This document shows, one piece after another, positions 11,801-22,900 of a stretch of 64,000 nt of DNA (position 1 is the first letter of the stretch; each line of letters opens with the position of its first letter). The translations under genes were made by a program, and so were the position numbers. The notes beneath the pieces are model-generated. The model was not told where the DNA came from and ran no database searches. It was given only the letters and a program-made list of their open reading frames with translations. The DNA is from Phallusia mammillata. Taxonomy: Eukaryota. Where the stretch lies: the NCBI GenBank assembly GCA_965637545.1, contig OZ281497.1:13392001-13456000 (forward strand), given 5' to 3'.

Positions 11801-13671
11801 CAAACAAAACAGGATCAGCTTGAACCACGCGTGGTTGTAACTTGTAGCTGACCCCAACTATTTAAAATGTTTCAGCGTTGGCAATGGGAATGTGGCGCCT
11901 TTGCTGTTTTGTTGTCGTGGTTCAGCCTCTTACTGTATATTCGACGTTCAAAGTGGCTCGGAATTTTTGTATTTATGGTCGGGGAAGTTGGAGTCACATT
12001 CTTAAGATTCGCCGCCATATTTGTCTTGTTTTTGTTGGCGTTTTCACTCAGCTTCTATGTATTACTACAAAACCAGGTAAATCAGTCTAAGTGTAATCTT
12101 ATGTAGGGATCGTTTTAATATTACTATCTCTTGCTTTTTTCACACAAGTTTTGAAACATAAATATACTGCACTTCAACACAATACACTATATATGTTTTA
12201 TAATGACATGTTTACAATTTAACGCAGATTGCATTCAACACTCCTGGTTGGGCTTGCGTACAAACGTTCACGATGATGTTAGGTGAGCTGAATTACCCCA
12301 CGGTATTTCTTTCCCATTTCACAAGTTCAATTTACTCCAAGATTGTCCAGTATCAGGAAGCGACCATTTTTGTCTTCATCGTATTTAGTATTGTGATGAA
12401 CCTGCTATTGACAAACTTGCTGGTAAGAATACTGTGTACGTCGATTAAGACAATATTTTGTTTGCAAGCACAAAGGGTACGCTGCGTTTAGTTTTCACGC
12501 AACACTATAGATCAGTGTTTCTTAACCTTTTTTTGCGCTCGTACCCTTTGAACTTTCATAAAATTTTCTTGTACCCCCTGTCCAAAATGGCCGACGGAAG
12601 TAAATGAAATTGTAACAATTAAACTCAGTGTATCTATAACTTGGGTGTTAAATGCATGTATGAAAACAGTATTGTAAGTAGTACAAAACTAACCCGTTCT
12701 GGATACTGTATGTAACAAAATAACTTGTTACGCATTCTTCACAAATATGCCTAAATAGCATATAATTTTACACTGCATGTCGTACCCCCTGCTTTGATGC
12801 TTCGTACCCCCAAGGGGTACACGTACCCCTGGTTAAGAACCCCTGCTATAGATCACAACTTTTGACAAATATCATTCATATAGCATGTTGTTTCTGACGT
12901 GCAAGACGTAGGCAGTTGTTGACAAGATAGCACATGACACTGATTTTACCAATTCTTCTGGTGAAATAAGACAATTTAAATGATTTAGGTTGGGTTGGCC
13001 GTTGATGATATTTCAGCTGTGCAAAGACACGCTTCGCTGAGAAGGATCGCACTCGAGGTAAATTTGGTGTTTATATTGTGATCTAATATGATCAATTGAC
13101 AAAAATATAACTGTTGTAAAGGTGGAGGGAATATTGGATATAAATTATGCGGCACCAACGTTTTTGCGTCGCCGCTGGATGATGCGAGAGAGAATGGTGA
13201 AGCCTAACAAATTTGAAGAAGGTCGTTTTTTCTTGAGTTGGTTTAATAGAGAGGAAAACTTAAAACCAAAAGAGATTAACGAAGCTCTCACAACGGATGA
13301 AGTAAGACTTTTTTATATAACCAACATAACTGCATTATAGAACGGTCGTTAGTATACAAGGAATTCTTATTGATTTCCTTTTACAATAGATATGTCCATT
13401 AACATTTACCGTCAAATGTACCGCCATTTTTTCAATTTAGTTTGATACCCTTTTAAAAACAATATCGCTTGTTTAGGTTTGGTTTTGTCAAAGTGATCCC
13501 CATGTTTCAGATTGGTTGTACAACTTTGGACAATAATTACTGATTGTATTTACTTTGTAGTCAGATTTGGAAACAATGTCTTCGGCAATTAAGGATCTTA
13601 AGATGGATTTAAACAAGATAATGTGTACGTTATCAAATTTGTCCAAAGGAAAAATAGATGCTACAACTTGA
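2815..13671 (+). CDS. TRPA1-like: TRPA1-like channel, paralog B, 22 coding exons, about 1180 aa, about 16 ankyrin repeats plus 6 TM
   Basis: Exons 2815-3026, 3553-3685, 3880-4056, 4606-4776, 5203-5404, 5815-6025, 6325-6508, 6565-6669, 6805-7040, 7117-7231, 7425-7641, 7762-7877, 8111-8230, 8378-8512, 8576-8778, 8847-8961, 9050-9184, 11876-12076, 12228-12422, 12989-13057, 13122-13301, 13561-13671. All introns are GT-AG and phase-consistent, summing to 3543 nt. Ankyrin motifs (TPLH, TALH), pore QTFTMMLGELNY, S6 NLLVGLAVDDI, HASLRRIALEV. Confidence 0.92.
5567..5765. mobile_element. hAT MITE with truncated right end, in TRPA-B intron 5
   Basis: CAGGGGTCGGCAACC left end and GGTTGCCG right remnant; same family as 21491-21659. 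Confidence 0.7.
7665..7724. repeat. 30-bp tandem duplication in TRPA-B intron 11
   Basis: GTCAATATTTATTAYAAGGCCAACACATAT x2. Confidence 0.9.
9455..10430. mobile_element. hAT MITE nested in 9421-11749
   Basis: TIRs CAGGGGTGGCCAACC / GGTTGGCCACCCCTG; TSD CCCTAGGC at 9447-9454 and 10431-10438. Confidence 0.9.
10496..10960. mobile_element. hAT MITE nested in 9421-11749
   Basis: TIRs CAGTGGTTCCCAA / TTGGGAACCACTG; TSD imperfect (CTCTAACAAAC left vs CTCTAAAC right). Confidence 0.8.
11758..11868 (-). mobile_element. 3' tail of a CR1/L2-type LINE or related SINE, antisense, split by the hAT insertion (left part about 9383-9420)
   Basis: About 90% identical by eye over ~105 bp to the LINE 3' end at 39408-39515, including the TCAGCT..AACCAC..GTGGTT..AGCTGA stem-loop. 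Confidence 0.8.
12513..12845. mobile_element. hAT MITE in TRPA-B intron 19
   Basis: TIRs CAGTGTTTCTTAACC / GGTTAAGAACCCCTG; TSD CTATAGAT; empty site in paralog C at 27961-27968. Confidence 0.9.
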
Positions 13672-14905
13672 ATTGCTCGATCATGTGACCAAAGCTGCAC
13701 AACTTGCTTTGTTTCTAAAACTGTATAAACTTGTGTTGCATAAAGTCAATGTATGTATATGCTCCCTATAGCTTTGTGGTCATTTTAACATTTTTAAAAA
13801 ATAAATCGGTCAGGAATACTGTATTGATGTTGGAAGCTTGAGTCAAAATTTGAATTATCAGTTCAGTACTTAATATTGTACTTACAACGTTGAAAACGAT
13901 TCACCAAGCTGGACGTATGTTACGAAGTTATGCAATTCCTCTAAGGTTAATTTAATTGTGTATGACTTGGTTATGTTGATTGGATCTAGCTTCATTTTAA
14001 ATCGTGCGGTATATCTTTCCGTGCCACGCGTTTTTCGTACTATCAAACGTTCCCTGTAAATCGATTTCCTCTGGATTTTTTTGGATGTTAGTGCGACGTG
14101 GACGTATAAGTTCGCAGTGCGGGTCTAAACACTATTTGTTTAATAATATGCACAAGTACAGCAGTTAAAAATCACCAGTGCATATTACTAATCAAAGTTG
14201 AACCCTGGCTCACAGTTTAAAATATAGTGCCACGAATCTGTTTTATGTTTTTTTCAGTAACAATTTTATTTCACCAACTTTTAAGCTTTGCGATATACTG
14301 CGCTGTAGTATAAGACAAAAGGCGAATAACATCAAAAGAAGAGTTTAAATTACACCAACGACCGTCTCCGCAAGTGTTCTTTTAAACGTCACCAAGTATA
14401 GTGTTACCTATCAAGATTTGGGATGCTTTTAAATAAACATTAATTTGCTCATTAAAAACTATTCTCTGCAGTTTAATAAATCCGTATTTGTCAATTTCAG
14501 GCAAGTTTCTGAAACATTGTGCCCTAAGGGACTGTCAGTAAAAGATTTATCTGCTTCACTTGACAGCAGTAAATGTTTCAGTGATGGATCATCAACAGCA
14601 GTGCTTGGTCTAACGATCACTGTTTACCTTTTTTAACTATGAACTGTAAAACTAATGAAAGATAAAAACCATGGTCGAAACACAATGAGCCTGTTTGCGT
14701 AAAGGAATATATATGACGCCTAAAATGGCTTCGCCGTTCAATGATTTACGCTTACTGCGCTGCGCGAAGATAATGGCAGTTCAAAGATCGCTGAACGGGG
14801 AACAACCTGTTTGAAGATTACGTTTTCGCTGCCATGTATGGTTAACAACTGCATTACTTCGTTTCAGTATTCAACAGGTGGTTGAATATTATTCAACAAG
14901 TAAAA

Positions 14906-15401
14906 ATGGAAGGTTGTTCGTTTGGTATGTTACATGTTTTATTTGTTGCGTCATCAGTTATGTCGGTCAAAGTTATTTTATACATTTTAGGTCTGTGTCT
15001 AGTGACTGGAATCTTTGCAGCAGTTCTTGAAGTATTCTTGTGTCTACTTTTATTTGGGCTTGAGAACAATGCATTCCATGCGATCTTTATATATGTTGTC
15101 ACGATCAACAGTACAACTTTTGCAATGTTTTAGACAATGTCTTGCTTGCACTGGGTCTGGGTTAGAAGGCGGTAATCGTAACAATTGCTGTTGCTGTTTC
15201 TTTCGCATACCAGAAGTTCTCCTTCTGATATTTAGTTTTGCAGGCGGAATTCCAGCTACTGTTCTTGCAATGATAATGCCTTGTCACAAATGCAGTAAAG
15301 CATCGTATCAGAAAGCATATTTAATAGTTTCGATAATTCCCCTACTTACTATGATTGGTGTCAATGCTTATCTTTTAGTATTGTTTTTTAAACGACAATA
15401 A
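14906..15401 (+). pseudogene. DUF1294-like small membrane protein gene, frameshifted (exon 14906-14924, intron, exon 14991-15401)
   Basis: YVVTINSTTFAMF [frameshift/TAG at 15131] ...CLAC...FFRIPEVLLLIFSFAGGIPATVLAMIMPCHKCSKASYQ resembles the DUF1294 motif (INxxTFxxYxxDKxxA...RIPExxLxxLxxxGGxxGAxxAMxxFRHKTxK). Confidence 0.65.
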
Positions 15402-16476
15402 CTTACACATACAATCAATAGTTTAGATAAGTTATAATTATCAGTGATTGTCCATCATTGTTTCAAGTAAAGACAAGCAAGAATAAGATTGTATTCGCTT
15501 TTTAATTTGGGTAAAATTTCACTATTTCTGATTTTGTATGTCAGCGATGGGGACTCTTTGGTACATTTCTACATTTGTAAGAATTTCTCTGCGCTCTTGT
15601 AAGTTGTTTATGGAACCTCATGTTACCCGCTTCATTGCGCATTGCACAACAAGCGTTTGATTGTTGCGTCACTCCTGCGCATGCGCGAACTGTAGCGTGG
15701 TTGATATCATTTCCAAGTTTGTGTGTCAGGGTCTGTTTGTTTCTGCCCGTGTCGACTGGTTAGCGATTGGGATTTATGTATAATGCTGTCGTAGTTGTGT
15801 AATCTAACCTAGTCTATACATTATTGCAGCTGTGAAATATAGTGGCAAACTGTAAAGTAAATATTGGATTGTATTAACTGAAATTCGATTGGCTGTCGTG
15901 GTAAGCTTTCTTGCATATGTTTCTAACTTAAAGTGTTCGAATTTAATCTAACTTTGAATGCAAATATTACAGTTGTGACAACCGATCGCCTGTAAACTGC
16001 ACAGTCGTGTTGACTGCAAGTACAAATTGCTGGTGAGTGAATCGTATGTGCTGTGACGTCATAATGCCTTATTCATGTGTGATATGTTATTTCAGCTTTG
16101 CCACTCACTGAGTTGCCTCTGTGGGCCATTTCTCACAGTTAAAAAACTGCATTGCTACGTGACTGAGATTGATTGTATTCGCCGATCAAAGCATTTCATT
16201 TGATGGTGCCTGTCGGTGTTCTGGTTACGTACGTTGCAGTAATTACGGAGATTGCAGAGGTGACCTGTTACGCTGTCCGAAGAAGCTGGCCATTTTTCTA
16301 AGGGGGCTGCGTTACAACATTTATTGCAATGCTTTTGAGGTGATTGATCTTTGCATGACTAAAAACATCAAGTTGCTCTATATGTCCGGGGATCTAGTAC
16401 TAAGTGTCATCTCGCTATTCTACTCATTATTTGTGAGGGATGTAACACTTTTCTTTGCAAGTCTTATGTTGTAAAT

Positions 16477-16947
16477 CAGGGGTCACCCAACTACGGCCCG
16501 CGAGGTCATTTTATCCGGCCCCCAACCACATTTTTTGGTTTGCCAAATCGTATTGATAACTTTGATACATTCAAAAGAAATCTTCTCCTCACGAAAGTTT
16601 TCCTGACGCGATATGGAGAATAATATTACCTAGTTTTATAAGATTACAACGCCCAGGATTGATCCAAAGCCAGTTTGTTACGTCACAGACAAAACTACAA
16701 GTGTCAATTGTGCCCAAACAATTGCCTTTTTGGTTACTTGTGACGTAATATACCAGCATTGCTCGTAAGAGACGATCTATACCTATACAATTTAACAGTC
16801 GCATCACGAGATTTTAAATGGGGTTGTAGAAACAACATTTCTTGGCGCACCTTGAAAAGGCGGCGCTAGTGCATGTAAATTATGCGGCCCGCGCGAATCA
16901 TTTTTTAACTTATCCGGCCCGCAGTGAAAAAAGTTTGGTGACCCCTG
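16477..16947. mobile_element. hAT MITE
   Basis: TIRs CAGGGGTCACC / GGTGACCCCTG; TSD TTGTAAAT; absent from the paralogous site near 49495. Confidence 0.9.
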
Positions 16948-17142
16948 TTGTAAATCATCAACAAGTAAATTTACTTTTTGTACAACGTACCACTATGTTA
17001 CATCACGCTAAAAGAATATAGTCTTAGCAAGCTGTAAATGTTTAACAAGTGACGTTAGGCTAAAGGTCAAGCATAAGTTGTTGTGCAGTTGCAGCAAATA
17101 TACTCAGTGAAAGCATTTCTGTTGTTTCATGATGTCCTAGAT

Positions 17143-17629
17143 CAGGGGCGTGCAACATACGGCCCGCGGGCCAGTGTCCGGCCCGCGGCACCTATTTTCG
17201 TGGCCCACGCAGACTACAAAGTACTCTATTAAATATGAATACTTTTTACTGTTAGAGCATGGAATGTTGCTATTTGTACACCATCACTGGTATTTTTGAC
17301 TTTATAAAACATCACACCGTGATGAGGTTTTATCCACTGTGACAACATACTCCCATTGTTGCATCATAGTGTGCATTATGACAGAACTGCCTTTCTAGCA
17401 ATGATTTAGTAACATGATTTATAGGTGCAGTAAATATATTGGCATTTATTCTACGAAAAGGTTAGCAGATATTCCATTGATCAAAGAGTACTCAAAGAGT
17501 AACTTGATTGTGTGCGCTCTGCTATTAAATAAGCTGTTTAAAAAGATATGTGTTGCTTTATTGTCTGGCCCCCAGCATCATTTTAACTGTAAGTTGTGGC
17601 CCACTGCGATAAACAGTTGCACGCCCCTG
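17143..17629. mobile_element. hAT MITE
   Basis: TIRs CAGGGGCGTGCAAC / GTTGCACGCCCCTG; TSD TCCTAGAT. Confidence 0.9.
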
Positions 17630-18495
17630 TCCTAGATAGTTTATTTGTATAAAAGTAATAGACACGAGAATTTTATTATCCTTGTTTTCTATTTGGGGGT
17701 AAAGCTGCAAATTACTTCTACACACTATACCGATATACGTAAAAACATACGCCTTTCAGGTTCAGGTAGCATTTTTTTGTTTTAGTAAGAAATATATTTT
17801 TTTGCTTTAAAAAAAATTGCTTGCAACCACATTGCACGTTCTTATCCATATCAACTCGAAAACGTACACAACAATATTGTCCGTCACTAGATGTCGAAAG
17901 ACAAATATTTATTACTTCATGGTAATCCGAAGAAATCGCTCGCAAGTAACAACACAGAATTATTTAAAACATTTTTGTTTTTTAAGTTATTGATTTTGTT
18001 TTCTCTTGAAAAATACATGTTACGTGAGTTTTTCTTTATCAAATACTTATAAACCAAAAAGACACATAAACGACCACATTATTCCTTGTGTAAATAAAAA
18101 TATGCGGTACAGATTAGAGCACAGATTCTTCTTTACTACAGTGAAGGCGTTACATCTAGCTTGATTTTTTTCCTGCCCTCAGATAGGGAGCATATATCAA
18201 TGTATCAATGTTTTTATTTTAAAAAATGTTTGATTATTTCAAAGATTGAAATTACAACTCCTTATCCCCACAAAGCAAAAATGGACAAAGAGGTAATTCC
18301 ATAAATTGTTAAAGCGATAATGGCCACGAAGCAACCCCAGCAATCCACAGCAATCTGAGAACATTGACTTCATAACTTATTGATCATTATACAATTTCTG
18401 TTGTTATGCTTTGCTTGGCACCATAAACCAGTAAGTGTGAAATAAACAAGTTAGCAGAAGCTGGGTGTATCAGGATGCAATTCTTACTTTTACAG

Positions 18496-18771
18496 AACAA
18501 GATCAATAAATTTCGTAGCGAGGTAAAGAAACTTAGGAACGAGCTTGATGATGCTTCCGAAGCAATAAAAATGATTTCACAACAACAGCTAGAATGCACT
18601 CAAATGATCGAAAGTTTTCGGTTAACAAAAGATGATTGGGAAGAGTTCGTAATATATTGGTTTGGTGTTGTTTTGTTGAGTTTTATGTTGTGCTTACATT
18701 TGTCTTTTATACGTCTTGTTACCTACTTCGCTTGCCAGCACAAGAACACGCAACCAACCAGTAAACGTTAG
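18496..18771 (+). pseudogene. Orphan, frameshifted copy of the TRPA-A terminal coiled-coil exon
   Basis: TTTTACAG acceptor then NKINKFRSEVKKLRNELDDASEAIKMISQQQLECTQMIE vs A's NEIDKLRSEVKELRYELVDASEAIKMISQQQLECTQLIE. A 1-nt deletion near 18612 shifts the frame; no upstream A-type exons were found. Confidence 0.8.
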
Positions 18772-19201
18772 TTGAATAAGTACATTCTAAAAAAGATTTG
18801 TCCAAATATCAGAACGTTTGTTCAAAGCATGCTTAGTGACATGCTAGGATTTTACAGTTCAATGCACCTTAAAAATAGACAGAACGGTATAGGCCAGTGG
18901 TTCCCAAACTTGTTTTGACGCGGCCCAAATATTTCTAAAGATTATTTTTGTGGCATCTTGTGACCGATGGATATGCAGAATTACTATTTTAGTTTAATTT
19001 TTGACTGTTCAACTGTAACGTATGTCGAAAATTTGGTTTAAATGAAAATTACTAAGCCAGATTGGGAATGTTTGGCGAAAAAACAAACAGATAACAATCG
19101 TTTTTTCGACCAAACAATCCCTTTAAAATTAACCATAACTTTAGAACGGGTTTGATGCATTATACAGCGCTTCACAGTGAGCAGCTAAAATTACCTATGA
19201 C

Positions 19202-19540
19202 GTCACAAACAAAATCAATCATTATTGGGTCATTGAAAGTTGTTGACAATTATCAGCCGTGGTAAATAAAATAATCAACGGTACGAAAACAATTTCTCAG
19301 TGACAAAAAGAAAACTGTTTTCAATTACTATTCATCGCAAAAACTAATTTGAGCATCAATCAAATATTTAGTCACAAACAAAATCAATCATTATTGGGTC
19401 ATTGAAAGTCGGTGAAAATTATCAGCCGTGTTAAATAAAATGAAAGCACTACGACATCGATTTCTCAGTGACAAAAAGAAAACTGTTTTCAATTACTATT
19501 TGTCGCAAAAACAAATTTGACCATCAATCAAATATTTAAG
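19202..19540. repeat. About 169-bp diverged tandem duplication upstream of TRPA-C
   Basis: GTCACAAACAAAATCAATCATTATTGGG... at 19202 and 19371. Confidence 0.85.
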
Positions 19541-19645
19541 TCAAGTCAGTGTTGAACGAAGGCAAACATATTCTGTTTCATGTATCCCTAACCCTGTTTT
19601 GCACCAGAAACCTTTATTGCAGTATACATAACATTTTGAACACCT

Positions 19646-19681
19646 GTGAATCAGCAGGTAGATAGTTCAGGATGTATAAAG
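19646..19681 (+). promoter_or_regulatory. Paralogous candidate promoter of TRPA-C with altered ARE (GTGAATCAGCA) and TATAAAG
   Basis: Aligns to 2490-2524; G>A change in the TGAG half-site, TATA motif retained at 19675-19681. Confidence 0.4.
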
Positions 19682-19960
19682 CCACAGGAGGGCTTGTTGT
19701 CTTCGCATGGTTTCATACTGCCGTACATTTCTACTTATTTAACACCAAAAACCGCTAACATCAGAAAAAGCAGGATCGGAGAATGTAACATTCAATGACA
19801 TTTGTTTACGGTTCACTGCCTGTACGTGATGATCGGCCCTTTATTGTTGTGCTTATCATCAAGCGGTAAAAAAGGTTGTGACATCACACTGAAAGTTTTT
19901 AAACAGAGTGTTCGGGCTGTTTAGCTGCCAATCATTGCCTTCGTACCCAATCGACGTGCA

Positions 19961-22900
19961 ATGAATTTTCAAAAGTCTCCACTCAAACGTTTTAAACAGC
20001 GGGCCAGCGCCCAGATTCAACTATCCAAGGCAAGCTTGCGGTTAATGCAAATGATACAGGATGGAAAATCAGAAAATATCAGTGAATATTTAACAAGCTT
20101 GAAGGAGGAAACTTCATTTGTCAACCACGTCAACAACGAAATTGGTTTAGCACCACTACATGTGGCTGCCAGGTAATACTTCATAAAATATTGTGTACAT
20201 TTGTCTTTGGATGGAATTTGTCTGTTTGATTAAGTTTTGATGTAGCACATGGTCAAGTTTAACTTTAACAAATGAAATGTCAACGCCAAAGCATGTAAAG
20301 TTTAGATGTATAACAGTTTGGATGGAGAAGGCGTTGTGCAACGAATCTTAAAAGCACATTGTCAAAAAACAGCACATTAACAAAAAGAATATTAGTGCCT
20401 GCGAACAAAGAAGGCCTTTAAAAGTCCAGAGCACAATTAACCTTACGGGTAAGGCCTTTGCGCAAGTTGCGCCTTGACGCGTTTTTCTTTCCTTCAAAGT
20501 AATATTCATTCCACGAGCAGCAACTATTTTAGATCAGTCTAACCATAGTTAAATAAGCCCATATTTGGTTTAATACAGGTTCTCAAATGTGGGCCACTTG
20601 GCTCACTAAGGGTGGAATTTTTAAATTGTGGGAGGAAATTTGTGGCAAAGGGGATTTGGGGAGCAACAGGTGTGAATAAAAAAACTCGTTTATTGGTCCG
20701 TTAAGCAACTTTGCAGTGACGCCAAGAGTTTGAAGCCCCTAAACATAACATTTAATGTTTAAGTCTGCAAAATTTAAGGACCGTCTCCGCTACTGAACGA
20801 TGCCCTTTATTGCACCACAAGTAAAAAAATACTGTTTGTGCACTATCCTCACGTTTTGTTTTTGTTTGGATGATTGTTATGCGCAATTTTGCAAAACTAG
20901 CCTCTTTTGCAAAATATATTCTGCTGCTTGCTGCGGAAACTAAAAATTAGTGCTCGAAATGTTAATATGTTCCACTATAAATGCCTGCAATACCCAAGGA
21001 ATCGCTGTCGTAACTGCAGTGATTGATGTCTTTTTTGTGATTTCCACTGGGGAGAAACTGGCGATATTTTGGTTTGCAAGAGAGGAATGTAAAAAAAACT
21101 TCGAGAAAGACTGGTTTGTCTGCGCATTTGTCAATCGCTAAAGCATTTTTTTAAAGTAGCCTATGTGGTTTACAAGCATCATGTCATAAGCTTTCGTATT
21201 TTCGCAAACTTTGGTACCATGTTAGATCGTGTGTAAAGCCTAGTAGATAAAATGTTTACCACTGATAATGTCAAGCCAAATTACTACTTTTCTTCGGAAA
21301 GTCAGACAACAACACACAAGTAAATCAGCAACCTTATAATATAGTAACATTAAATATACTCCAAATGCTTTTCCTACTTTCAAGTACTTCAGCTTGTTGC
21401 TTAGTGCTAAGGTTGAATAGCATTTTCCCTAAACCACAATGTGCATTCATGTGTAACGAGACGAGACTGTAGTTCGGTTGTACCTTAGATCAGGGGTCGG
21501 CAACCTTTTTTCTACTGCTCACCGTTTTTGAAACTGAAATTTCATCGCGGGTCAGCCTTAAAAAAACCACAAACATTTAGCAATGAAAACACATAAATTA
21601 GTTTATCATCCCCGGGATACATAGGCAAAATGCCGCGGACCGGCGGTTGCCGATAACTGCCTTAGATAATACAATAAATGTACGTTCGAAAAACAATTTA
21701 TGTTTGTGTTTAACTCTGTGGTGCGTTACGGTAGACTGGTTTTAATGATGTTTCATTAAACTTTAAGATCAGGAGACGGGAGGTTGGTGGAACAACTGAT
21801 AAAATATGGAGCCTCGGTGCACAAAGCCGCAGTAGATGGCAAACAAGCGTTGCACTTCGCGGCAAAATATCACAAGGAAACCAAGGCTAACCGATATCAG
21901 GTAACTTTATCACACAAACAATAACAATTATTGGGCCTAAAATTGTAAAACTTATTTTTGCTCATACGTAACTAAAAAATCGTTGGACCTTTGTACACTT
22001 TGTCGTTTTCTGATGGAACTATTTGAAACAACAAACCTAATACATCGTATTCAAAAGCATGGTATTACTTAAATAAATTATAATATTATTAGAGCCAAAC
22101 AAAACTGGATAAAAGCACCACTGAAAGCTGCATTCAAGTTTTGTTAAACAATGGGGCGAAGGTGAACGCCGAAGACCATTTTCAAACAACTGCGCTTCAT
22201 TTGGCGTGTGAGAGAGGAAATTCACAGGCTGTACAAGTACTGTTGACAGCAAACGGAATTAGTTTGAAGGTAGTCTGTCATTTTTCTAAACAGAATTAAT
22301 CTAACAGTTTGAAAATAACTTCATATTTCAAAATCGATGAGTAAACGCAGGTCAAACAAAATAGTCTTTTGCGTGACACGGAGCCGTTTCAAAAATATGC
22401 ACTAATTACCGTTAGTGCAGATAAGTGTTACGACTGTCAACGACTAAAACAAAAAAACGAACTTTTGAAACAGACCAATTCACTCAAGTATGTGGAAATT
22501 GTATTAACCAGAACCGAAAGTAATGTGTTTGCACTAGACTTAATCAGCCTGTTAATGATGTTACAGAGATTATATACTAACTTGCCCTGTGCGACAATGC
22601 TATATATTTAAATGTATTTTTAGTACATTGGCAAAACCTATCACCAGTAAATAAATGGATACACCAATATATACTACATAGTTCAAATTTAACTTTAAAC
22701 GTTTTTTTTATAAATTAAAATTTATTTCTAGTTTGTAAAAACATTTTAACCAGGCATTAAACTATCGCAAAATGACTCCACTACACGAAGCGGCAAGGCA
22801 CGGTCATCATCAAGTTGTCAGTGACATTCTAAATGCAAGCAATGGGGTTGGAGATGTTATCAAGCTAAAGGATGAAAAACATTGCACCCCACTAATGTTG

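Larger units (their letters stand above)
1590..18320 (+). repeat. Segmental duplication unit 1 (A last exon + TRPA-B + DUF1294-like + spacer)
   Basis: Colinear similarity to about 18490-50555 in exons, introns and flanks, e.g. 18240-18316 vs 50460-50553. Confidence 0.85.

Noticed and set aside
13302-18495. DUF1294-like gene nested in a 5-kb last intron of TRPA-B
   Set aside because: B has its own terminal exon at 13561-13671 (paralog 29670-29780), so the small gene is intergenic.
18895-18960. hAT MITE starting CAGTGGTTCCCAAAC
   Set aside because: Only one end is visible; no matching TIR or TSD was found.
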